From Lytechinus pictus (taxonomy: Eukaryota), in contig NC_087248.1 of assembly GCF_037042905.1 (NCBI RefSeq), positions 30,504,001 to 30,568,000 on the forward strand: a stretch of DNA of 64,000 nt, in the 5' to 3' direction. The notes beneath the pieces were generated by a model. That model had not been told where the DNA came from, made no database searches, and was given only the letters and a program-made list of their open reading frames with translations. This document shows, one piece after another, positions 1-11,313 of this stretch. A program made the position numbers and the translations under genes. The number at the start of each line of letters is the position of its first letter. Position 1 is the first letter of the stretch.

Positions 1-36
1 CCTTTATCATCCCAAACACACACTGAATACACCTCC
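1..36 (-). CDS. CUL5: Cullin-5, coding exon 3 (runs off the window edge)
   Basis: AG acceptor at 38-37, then (W)EVYSVCVWDDKG, matching CUL5 DVHAVCLWDDKG. The phase fits exon 2. Confidence 0.9.
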
Positions 37-257
37 CTACAATAGATAAGAAATAAGTTTGTATATGCACACATTGATCCGGGCATTGCTATTAACTTTA
101 TTGGTGGAGTCTACATCTTTAAATGTTCCAAACAGACATACCATGACTCTGTATAACTGCTGTATATTGACATATCACCAGTGCAAATTGCGAATCAACA
201 ATGATCTGCATAATGTACAGGTATGTTGAATATTATCCAACAATTATTAAGACAGAC

Positions 258-1347
258 CAGTCAGTCCGCAAGCCCTGAAAAAGTAACTTCTTTTATCCAA
301 GTGATATTCATGACTAGAGGGTTTTTGCATACATGTAGTTAATGAGCTTGGTGCGAACCAAAACACCTCTTTTTATTCGGCCATTGCTGCTCTAAATATT
401 GACCAAATTTCATGTTTTTGGTATCTTTGTAAAGAAGAAAAATCATTCTCTCAGGTCATGTGTTTGGATTTCTAAAAGAATGTTGTAATATAGGAAAAAC
501 TTTTGATCTAAAACATGAAACAAACAATTTTTTTTCATGCAACAAAAGTTGTTGTTTTCACACTTAATTTCTGTTTGGGCACAAATGATTTTTAAATCAT
601 GACAAAGCTGAAGATCTAAGCTTTAATATGATATAATTTTTATAAGAAGATGTATTTTAGATGGGTCAGCAGCCAGCTTTTCATAGGCCAAGTACATTTT
701 GCAGCTCAAAAACAAGAATACTGCGCTCTGATTGGTCATAGAGACCACACACCCATGCAAATTCCAATGTTCCCCACACTGGGCCTCTGCAAGGTCACAC
801 TCACCATCTGGTAATCTCTTCAAATTACCCGTGCCTGTTTGTTTTGAAAACAGTATTCAGCCAATCAGAACTCTGGATTTTATGTTACTCAGAAATTTCA
901 GAAATCTAGTCTTGCATCTTGATGGAAAAAGCTGGCTGCTGACCCATCTAAAAGATGCCACATATCAAGTGTGACATTGTAAGAAAGTATAGAGTTTGAG
1001 CTTTCTGATGATATAAATAATGTTGGTGGCTAAAACACAAAATGTTGCACAATTTGCAAGTGAAAACAGAGGAAGAAAATTCTGTTTGATGCATCTTTTC
1101 AGGTAAAAAATTCACTTATTTATCAAAATATTTCATTCAAAAGAAATGACCAATATAAAAGAGTAACATTCACTCTTGCCCATGGTACAAAAATAATCAA
1201 TATTACTCAAGGAGAAAGTGGTTAAATTCTTTGAGAAAGAAAGTCTCACAATTCACGAGATTTTGCAGGGACATGAATTCAGCCACGAGAGGACTTGGAT
1301 AAATCTTGCTCATTTGCTCATTAACACAGGGGCTTGCGGACTGACTG
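258..1347. mobile_element. Non-autonomous DNA transposon, superfamily unassigned
   Basis: Perfect 18-bp TIRs CAGTCAGTCCGCAAGCCC and a 4-bp TSD AGAC (254-257, 1348-1351). Internal inverted repeat at about 655-682 / 925-953. No coding capacity. Confidence 0.8.
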
Positions 1348-1809
1348 AGACAAACCAACGAGACATTGCGATTGTTTGTTTGTTAAAAGTCATCAATTGT
1401 AATCTCCTGTTCTATGTACAGTGATCACTGTTCCATCACCCCCCCCCCCCCTGAAGTGATGAATCAATCATCCTCAAAGCAACTTATCAAGTTTCACTTT
1501 CATCCCAGAGAGCATACATGTAGCCTGTACATGTACATTTGTTATGGATCAACATGTACATGTATGTGTACATTCCTTGTAAACTGTATCACTGTGATAC
1601 ATTTGAGCAAGGCTAAATTGGTGATTTGAGTTTTCATAAGGAACTAAATTATCATGTTAATCATATATACATGTACCACCAATATCAATGTACTGTTCAG
1701 TGTAGGCAAATGACAGAGGCAGATCCGAATCTCTTTTAAATCGCAGACACATCTTTGGAAATCATTGAGAAACTTTCAAACAGAACATTTTTACTGCATG
1801 TACAAGTAG

Positions 1810-2115
1810 ATTCTTCCCTCCTCCTTCTTCCTCCCTTCCCTTTCTCCCTTAATTCCTTTCCTTTCTTTTTTCTTTCTTCATTTTCTTTCTCAGCTCTTCC
1901 TTCCTTCTTTCCTTCCTTCCTTTCTTTCTTTTTTCCTTCCTTCTTTATTTTCATTTTCTTCCTTTTTCTCTTTCCTTCCACTTCCTCTCTTTTCTTCTCC
2001 TTTTTTCTCTACTTTATTCTCTTCTTCTGGTTTTATTTTCCTTTCTAACTCTTCTTGTAGTTCTTTTTCTTCCTCACCCTCCCCCTCTTTCTTTTTTTTT
2101 TTTTCTTGTTCTCAC
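1810..2115. repeat. CT-rich low-complexity tract
   Basis: Almost pure C/T on the plus strand. It generates the spurious F/S/L-rich and K/E/R-rich ORFs. Confidence 0.9.
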
Positions 2116-2215
2116 TCTATCATCAGTTAATGTTGTTTACGGTATATTATTCTCTATACATAGCATTCAGTCTACACATGTACGTGTATGTAGAGTAGAT
2201 CAATAAAGTACTCAC

Positions 2216-2328
2216 CAGAAAAGATCTTGCCATTCTTTCCTGCTCACATTTTCCTGCCTCATGAGCTTAAGAACAGTTGGTCTCATACCCTCCCAACGAT
2301 CCTCAAACTGAGGTTGGGTTTTATCCTG
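2216..2328 (-). CDS. CUL5: Cullin-5, coding exon 2
   Basis: TAG/CAG acceptor, then QDKTQPQFEDRWEGMRPTVLKLMRQENVSRKEWQDLF(W), then a GTGAGT donor (phase 2). It resembles CUL5 QFEDKWDFMRPIVLKLLRQESVTKQQWFDLF. Confidence 0.93.
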
Positions 2329-2830
2329 CTATAAAGGTTGCAAGAGGGAAACAGAGAGAGAGAGAGATGTAGCAAGGGAAGGAGAAAGAGAGAAAGTGAT
2401 AATGGAGAGAAATAGAAAACAGAAAAAAAAATGAATCAGGGATAAAAGGTAAAGAGGTATATAGAGAAAAAAAGTTACTTTATACTTGTATATTTATTTC
2501 TATATTTTACATTTCATACTAAAAGTGAGATCTCGTCATTTAATAATTGATTCAACACTTATATTGTATGGCTCAGAATGGGAAACCATACATGTAGATA
2601 TTCCAAGACTTGGAAGGTTATATAGACGAGGTTCCAATGACGTCACTAACCGATGACTCATTTGCTGCGGGGCAAAAACAACAAGGGGGCCTGGGCATGC
2701 TGTAGCGCGCAAGCACGCGCTGCATAAATTTAATACGTAACACATCAGCAGCAGATATATTTAGCTTCTCGGACTCGGAGACGGCGAGATATTTGTGCTA
2801 GATTCATCCGTTTTATTGAGGATTTTAAAG

Positions 2831-5180
2831 ATGGTGAAGAGTTGTGTTGCCCGTGGCTGCACAAATAGATGGGGAGTCTGTGTTAATGACAAGAAAGTTG
2901 GATTTTATAGAATACCGAGCGCCAGCAAATTCCCAGGGAAGCGAGCAGCGTGGTTATCGGGCATCAACCGGCAAGGTTACGACCCTAAGCCCGGTGATTG
3001 TGTCTGCGGTGTACACTTTTTGAGAGGTAAACTTTCTTGCATCTCTCCGTTGCATTTATGTATAATCAAAACACTAAAATATGTATTTTTCATAGTCCAC
3101 ACTTTTTGCGCTAGTACCAAGTTGTCTTTCCAAACTTATTTGACTTGGAATTGAGACCCTATATGTAACTCTAAGATCCAGATCTAGGCCTAACAGTAAC
3201 ACATTTTTTTTTTTTTTTGGAGGGGGGTTTTCCCAGTACCGTAAATTCATGCCGTAGTACTGTGCTACAGTGCATACCCCGTTATAAAGAACACTATTTA
3301 TTACAAATTCTCACAAAATTACCTTATGATATGAAAAGGTAATTTTGGCAATCCCACTTTGGTTATTTTTTGAAATTGCTGTTCATGTTTATAACAAGGT
3401 TTTTATATTTATAAATAAACAGGTAGAGTTTCATGGACATGTTTCCTTTGTCCTGAGCTGAGTTTGTGTAGCGTGGTTTGCCTGTACAACTACAAGGAAA
3501 ACCCCTTCTAACTTTAGTTTTGAGTTCCGTCAATTATCATCATCGGGGGGGGGGGGGGGGGGTGTTTGCACCCCCCCCTAAATTTTGACAGATAAAGCAT
3601 ATTTCTTGCCAAAACTTAGTATCTACATGTAACTTGCAAATAGCTAGACCAATATGCTTGCAAAACCATAGAAATTCAAGGATTATGGTACATGTATTAA
3701 GCCCCCACAGATGCTGACAACGTGATGCTCATTAGGAAACCAAGAATGCATGGTTTGCACCGGTTTGAACCATGGGCAAACAACAGTCTATTGGTTTCCC
3801 CTTGAGTTTCGCATTGTCGGAAACTTTAGAGGTTACCCAATTAAGAATTGTCAAGACTTAGACGGAAGTCTTGATTTTATTTTTAGATTTTTATCCTAAT
3901 TTTAAAATCTCATAATTGTATTACAGGTAAACCTATGCAATGACCCTTTCCATCCAGATTACAAGCCACAGCTCTTCAGTTTTAGCAAGAACACAAAGCA
4001 GGGTTTGGAGAAACATCTCAAAAGACATTTGCGAGCAAAAAGCCGTGCCGACATTGACAACAACTCAGAAGCAGACCTTAGGCTCTCTGCTGCGCATGGA
4101 CTTCTGGAGTTGAACATCAAATCCTGCGATGGACTTCATCAATGTGATAATGCTGTCACACCACCAGAGCAAATTGCTGTGAATTCAAATGAAGAAGTAA
4201 ATGAAAATACCAGCAGAGAGGTGCAAATACTAAACAATGAAATTAAAGCTTTGCATGGAGAAGTCGTCTTAGGAATGAATTGAGCTCGGTTACATTTGGC
4301 TCTGCCTCCATTGAAAATGACGATGGTAAAACTAACTTTTATACAGGACTACAGAAATATTTGCTTTTCTCTATTGTGTTCACCTTCATTAGCCCTTTCA
4401 TTAAGAAAAGTGTCACAAAGCTATCACTGAAAGACGAACTTTTCATTTGTCTTGTTAAAGTTGAGACTCAACCTACTGTTTGAAGATATAGCATACAGAT
4501 GTGGTATTTCACGAATGACTGTTTCTAGAATTTTCTACAAGTGGCTAGATGCCATGTCTGTGAAGCTAAAATGTTTAATTAATTGGCCAAGTCATGAAAG
4601 CTTGCGTTCAACTTTACCAAATATGTTCAAGAAACATTTCCCAAGAGCATGTTGTATAATAGACTGTACAGAAGTGTTTATTGATAGACCAACTCTGTTG
4701 AAAAGTAGAGCCCAAACATGGTCAAACTATAAAAAACATAATACTATGAAAGTATTAGTAGCAATAACCCCAACAGGTTCCATATCATTTATATCAAAAG
4801 CATTTGGTGGAAGGATGTCAGATAGAGAAATAGTGTTAAAAAGCGACTTCTTGAGCAGACTGGAGAACAACGATCAAGTCCTTGCTGACCGCGGATTTAC
4901 TAATGAAGAAGACTTTGTCATAAGAGGAGCAACACTAGTCGTCCCAGCCTTCACACGAGGTAAAAAACAGTTACCCAGCAAAGATGTTGAGGAATCAAGA
5001 CAGCTTGCCTCTGTGAGAATAGAAGTAGAAAGGTGTATTGGTCTGCTGAAGTCAAAGTTCCACATTCTTAAAGGACCTTAAATCTTGTAAAAAGAGTGGA
5101 TGATGTAGGTAGTGCAACAGCAGACAAAATTATGCTTGTGTGTGCAATTTTATCAGAATCAATTGTTAACAAGGATAAAG
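2831..5180 (+). pseudogene. ISL2EU transposase (THAP + HTH + DDE_Tnp_4-type), frameshifted
   Basis: Exon 1 (2831-3026) is a THAP finger: MVKSCVARGC...W...VCGVHF. A GT-AG intron follows. Exon 2 from 3927 gives DPFHPDYKP, FYTGL, LKLRLNL, IIDCTE, LADRGF, RIEVERCIG and DKIMLVCAILS. Frameshifts lie at about 3935, 4275, 4450 and 5080. The 3' end is approximate. Confidence 0.88.
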
Positions 5181-7721
5181 TATGTTAGTGTCATGAGTGC
5201 TGGCCTATTTTCCTATTTACAGTATTATGTGCATCATGGAGTATCAGTAAAGGGTGATGAAATTTACTTGAGTGTACCTGTTTGTTTTACATTTATTTCC
5301 ACCTTCAAGGTGTGTGTAAATACACATGTATGTACAATGTACATCATATTACTGCAAGCAATTTGCCTCCGATGTGTTTGATATTTGTGTAATTTGAAGT
5401 TACAACCCAACAGCTTTTATTTCAGTTTAACATCTAAAAATCAACACTTTTCATTCACATACTTGTGTCTGTTATGCACCATAAAGAGTTTTGCTTATAA
5501 CAAATGCCCTTGGTTGTGCTAATTACAAGTGATGTGTACCAGGACAGGATTTCATTTTACAGATTACAAACAGGGGGCACAACCCCATGGAAACTGAGGG
5601 TTTCTGGTAATTAAAAGGTAGAATGAGTGACTGGTTGGTTTCAACATGTATTTCATTTGTAGCATGCAATATTTCAAATTTATTACAGGAGTTTCAAATA
5701 AATTTGATTTTGGATAGATACAGTACATGCATTGGATCATCTACCAAAAAATCTTATGGTTTTTTTAAATATCGCATATTGCGACCAAAATAATTTTTTG
5801 AAAATAAATCAGTAGCTGTTTTATATATAGTTATGCCTATAGCCCTATACATGCCTTAAACACAAGTACATAAATGTTCTCAATAAGAGTGCCTCTACTC
5901 CATATTCAGCAATTGATTTTACTGGAAATTATGTAACAGAGGCTAATAGGGGAATTATGGGATATTGTGTATGTTGAGCCAGTCCTAGTTTCTTGGAAAC
6001 AAAGTACCACTATTGTATCCATTTATCCATTAATATGATCCCAAATGTGAAGCAAAACCAAATTTTGAACTTTTCATGTTAAATGCTCTGAGAAAGGTAT
6101 CAATTTCATTCATGAATTATTACATGTACTGCTGATTTCCTGGAGTGGAGAAATTAAAATCTTGATACATGTATGATGGAAGTTGGATATACATGTACAT
6201 GAACATTTAGGAGTGCATGGTGCATGTATTTCTGATATTTTTTTTTTCTATGAAGTAAATGTATAGAATGAAGATTTATTTTGTTGTCATCTCATAGAAC
6301 TAGTATGGAGTTTAAGAATCCCCATTTGTCTTGAGTGAAATGCAATTTCACAACACAACATAAACATAGTGGGGGGGGGGTGTCACTGCGATATAGTGAT
6401 ACACATACACAGGATGTGCCTCTATGCAGTTTACCCCCCCCCCCCCCCTTTCAAGTAAACTAGATGAATCTTTGACCACACACGGTGAAAATGTATGCCT
6501 TCGCCACTGCCAGACCAAGGCTCTTTTAGACAAAGGTCTGCGATGGATTGCTAATATGACAATAACAGATTAACACTCCTGATTGGTTACTGTTTATTGT
6601 TTTGAACAAAATGCGCATGTCACAATTCAGCGATGGATTGCAAACCTTTGTGTTATGGAGCCCAGAAATATATTTCCTAGTTTCTATTTCAATAAAGAAA
6701 AAACACTAGACCCTTAATCTTGTGACTTCAAAATCTAGTCAGATAGATGTTTCTCCAAAAAGCAGATACATGAACTTGATTGAACTCCGTGATCTTGAGA
6801 TTTTACCATGAGACCCCAAAATCTACTCTGATCATTGTCACTGTCAATTGTATGCATACATGACCCAAGTTTGAAGTTGATCTGTCAAATCGCTGTGGAG
6901 TTATTGTGAGAATGGCCCATTTTTATGCATTTCATTTAATTCTATGACCTTGACCTTTAACCTTGAGACCCCGAAAAGTAAGCTCATCGTCATCCTGATA
7001 TGTATCCTCGAGCCAAGTTTGAAGCTGATTGATTGACCGTTTATTTAGCTATCGCGTGAACGAAAGTGGGACGGACGGACGACCTGAAAACATAATGCCT
7101 CTGGCATCCACCTTTGGTGGGCGGAGGCATCCCCCCCCCCAAAAAAAAAAAAAAAAGAACAGTTGGCATCTCTGTCTCTACTTTGGCTTTACAGGAAGCT
7201 GTTCCTGTATTCATATACATTGTATACACATGCACCTAGCTACATGTGTATCTCTGAAAATAAGTTAATGCATTTTTTCATACATACTGTACATGCCAAT
7301 AAATAATAGTGAAAATCTTGAAGTCTTTATTCAGGGGCCACCTTGTTTAAAGGTAGTTACCCTCACTTGCAAAATATTTGGGTCTTGGAAAGAAGTGAGC
7401 TTTTTGCAATTTAAATTGCTCATGATACAAAAATATCAAATTATTATATTTAAAGCAATATTGGAAATTTTTAATTACAATTCAGAAAGACACTATAAGC
7501 ACTCTACAGAGTGGATTTGGCATAAGTTACATTTATTAATATTGCCATTAAAGACACCTTCAGAAAACGAAACAAAATCAGTTACATTTTTGTTTCCTAG
7601 GAATGAACTAGGAGCTAAAATTCCAAAGGTGTTTTCAAAGTAAAAAATGCAAAAGCACTTTGTTCCTATTAAAATTTCATGAGCTAATATTAATTTACAT
7701 TCAGTACTTTATTGTGCTTAA

Positions 7722-8314
7722 ATGGCAAGTCCGCCCCAACAAAAGTTGATTTGAATAAAAAGAGAAAAATCAAACAAGCATAACGCTGAAAATTTCATCA
7801 AAATTGGATTTAAAATAAGAAAGTTATGACATTTCAAAGTTTCACTTAATTGAAAAAAAACAGTTATATGCACATCATGGTCAGTATGGACAGATGATGT
7901 CACCCACTCACTATTTATTTTTGTATTAAATATGGAATGTAGAATATTTCTAATATTTCAGTTTTATCAAGGGAGCTCTTTATTGAATCGCAGTATGTTG
8001 CAGAAATGGATTCCCCACATGTTCAGGGAGGAATCAAACCTTTTTACGAATTGTAACATAGTAAAAATTAAGATTTTTCATATTTCATATAATAGAATAT
8101 AAAAGAAATAGTGAGTGGATGACTTCATCGGTCCCCTCATTTGCATAACTGGATGTGCATATAACTGTTTTGTGAAATTACCCCGGTAAGCAAAATTTTA
8201 AAACTTCATAACTTTCTTATTTTACATCAGATTTTGATGAAATTTTCAGCATCATTTTTGTTTGATTTTTCTCTTTTTATTCAAATCAACTTTTTGTTTG
8301 GGTGGACCTGCCCT
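7722..8314. mobile_element. Kolobok-like MITE (TTAA TSD) inserted in the ISL2EU element
   Basis: TTAA on both flanks and long imperfect inverted arms. A related copy lies at 53908. Confidence 0.7.
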
Positions 8315-10994
8315 TTAATATTAACATAAGTGCTCTTTTCTGAGTCTTCACAAAATTCATTTTTTTTCTTTTACAGTTCAGGTGATTAACGGTAGTGTAG
8401 TGAACGTCTGGCAGGTTCAGGTTTTCCAATCATTATCATTGGTATAATGCTCTTCTTGAAAAACTTTTACAGTTTTGGCTCTGTAACCTTAAACCAATCA
8501 CTGCTCTTTAGTACTTTACAGATAATTGCACTTTTTGGCGTCCACACTTCTAAATAGCAGTAGTCTACAGCAAGTAAATTCATTAGTAATTGCACTTGGG
8601 AATAGTATGGGGACTCTTTCTTCAAAGTGTTGCCATATGTATAGGTGTTCAATAATACAGAAATGTCTTCCTTGTCTCGCAAAGAGTATGGGCATTTAAT
8701 TTCAAGGACTCCTTTTCCGCAACAGTCACACTCTATGAGTCTGTCTGGACTTGCTGCAAGGTAAGGAAAATTTGGATCGATCGTCATCCCACATTTTGTC
8801 ACTGTCATATTGTTGTGACTTGGTCCAGAGACTTTTTCAAACATTTCAACTGCTACTTGTTCATGCTCTATTCCCCATTGGAGGGAGGGAACATTTGTTA
8901 GCCCCCTGTTGAACTGGTTTGTGCATATTGATTTACGTAATGAGGATGATGGCATATCTACACTTGTGCTACATACATCATACACCTTTGATGCTGTGAT
9001 TTTTCCTTGACGATGGGTGTGCCAGATAATACTGTCAGCTTGAAGGATAGTTGCCTTTTCTAAGAACTCTGCTTGGCTTTTGGTGACGGATATTTTGCTG
9101 AAGTTTTTCTCGGCTTCTTGCAAAAGTTCAGTACTGGAGAGGTCTCTGTAGTCTTCTCTGAACAGGCTTTCAGCCACTGTAAGAGGCAAAGATGGATTTG
9201 CATTTGCTGGCAATGCAGAAGGTAGAAAATGTTGGTGATGAACATCATGCGTTGTTAAAACAACACTTTTCAGTCCACTGTCAACAAGACTTTGAAAAAA
9301 TGCCTCCTGTTCCTCATTTGTTGGTGGTTGGGGCACTTTATTGCGGCGTTCAGGGGTTCGAGATGGTGTTGACTCTGGATGTTCAGCTTTGGAACGCTTT
9401 GGCTTGCTGAAGTCAATATCGACAATTGCAGCTGGATCAAACTAGGGAATAAATAAGGGGAAAAGAACAAATTTACAGTTGAAATTCATACAGGCAATGA
9501 TTAAATGTACATGATTGTTCACTACTGTGCATGCTCCTCATAAAGTACAATTTAAACAGTATTTGAATGAAATATTGACATTCATACATACCAACAAACA
9601 ACCCTCTCCCTCTCATCTTTCTTTCCATCTTCATCTCTCTTGTTTTCTTTCTAAAATCCATTCGGCAGTCATACATGCAGGCTACTTTTCCCTAAATTTC
9701 TTGTTATATTGCACTTATGTGTAACTTAGTTACTTTTAAGCCTTTTGTATAAAACTAATGTTACATTTAGTTTGTATAATGAAATTTATAAAAAATTTCT
9801 TAAATCAATGCTTCTACTGAGCCTGATGGTCATCTTCAAATCATTATGGAAGTCAAGCAAAATAACGTAATGCTTAGCCTTATACATGTACTATGTATTG
9901 CATTTTTCATCAACTAGTGTGAAAGGCCGGGGGGGGGGGGGTAGGGACACTTCTTAAAACCTCTCAAAGGAGCCTCACAAGCATAAGCACCTGCATATCA
10001 GCTTTTAAATGTAGCAATGCATGTGCATATCAAAGCAATCCATGACTGCTAATATGCATCTTTACTGCATAAGCTCCAGAAGAGCAAATCCTTCCAGAGC
10101 ATCTATTTTTTTACAAGAGCCCTTTAAAGTAAACCCTCACTTTGTAGTTACTTTGTAGTCAAGCCCTTTTCCACATAAGTACCCCATTCCTCCCCCCCCC
10201 CCAGTCGTTCATGCTTATGATAATGTAGGGCTAGTTCATTAAAAAAATAACAGGGGGGGTAGGACAAAATAATATATGTATATGTAACTTTTAGAACATT
10301 ATGTCTCTACTTGATCTGTTGGTTCATGACTTGATCACATGATAGAAAATTGACCTTGGATCCTCAAAATTTGACATTATATACTGTGACTTTTGAATCA
10401 TCAATTCTATTCAACAGGTGAACCTGTAAGGTGACTAGATACTACAAATAAGAATAAGCTACATGCTTCAAGCAATAATTTGTTGTGTGTTTATAGTACA
10501 TGGTTACTTCGTATCATTGAAGGTCCAGAGTCCAGGAAAACAAACTTACTTTTTTTGAGAATGTAGCATTCCACTTGCATGGAACAGAAGTGCAGGATTC
10601 TCTGTTGTAGAAATGACGAATGCATGCCTCAATTTTAAAAAGAGCTGCAGCAACATGAGAGCAGACCTCTCCCAATCTAAATTAAGGAAACAAATGAAAC
10701 ATAAAAGCACACTCACGTCAGATATATATTAACCTCAAAGTTGAACAAAACTGGAGCCTTTTTCTTAACAAAACAATACCAATGGTTTAAATTTTGGCAT
10801 TATTCATTCTGTCAAATGTACCAGTTCCTTCATTCCCCCTCCATTCATTTTGTACACAGGTACGTGCATGCAAACGAACTAGTAGTGTCATTTCATGATG
10901 TAGGCCTAGCCCAAATTTCTGCAAATCAAGATGACAATTAAGTTAAGTTTACATAAACACTTTATTAATTTGTTTGAATATTCAGATGCAAGAT

Positions 10995-11167
10995 CGGAAA
11001 GAGTTCCTTTTGCGACAGCCGACAGCCACCCAAAATTAATCAAATACAGCTCTAGCCTAACCCTAAACCGTATCCCAGACCCTGACCCTAGATGATTTTT
11101 CCATTCAGACCCTATAGACTACTTTTTTTTTCATTTTGGGTGGCTGTCGCAAAAGGAACTCTTACCG
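10995..11167. mobile_element. Short MITE-like element in YqaJ intron 1
   Basis: Inverted ends CGG(A/T)AAGAGTTCCTTTTGCGACAGCC with internal CCTAACCCTAAACC-like repeats. Confidence 0.65.
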
Positions 11168-11198
11168 CGAGATCTAATATTCCTATATAAAAGTTTAC

Positions 11199-11313
11199 GT
11201 ACCAGTCAGATATCTTTAATACCTGTTTACCTGTTTCAACCAGAGAACAATAGATTATCTATTGTTCTCTGGTTGAAACAGGTAAACAGGTATTAAAGGT
11301 ATCTGACTGGTAC
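11199..11313. repeat. 115-bp near-perfect palindrome
   Basis: GTACCAGTCAGATA...CAATAGAT T ATCTATTG...TATCTGACTGGTAC, with one mismatch between the arms. Confidence 0.9.

Noticed and set aside
8467-9336. YqaJ ORF as prophage or bacterial contamination
   Set aside because: The gene has spliceosomal introns and lies between transposon TIRs within a host intron.
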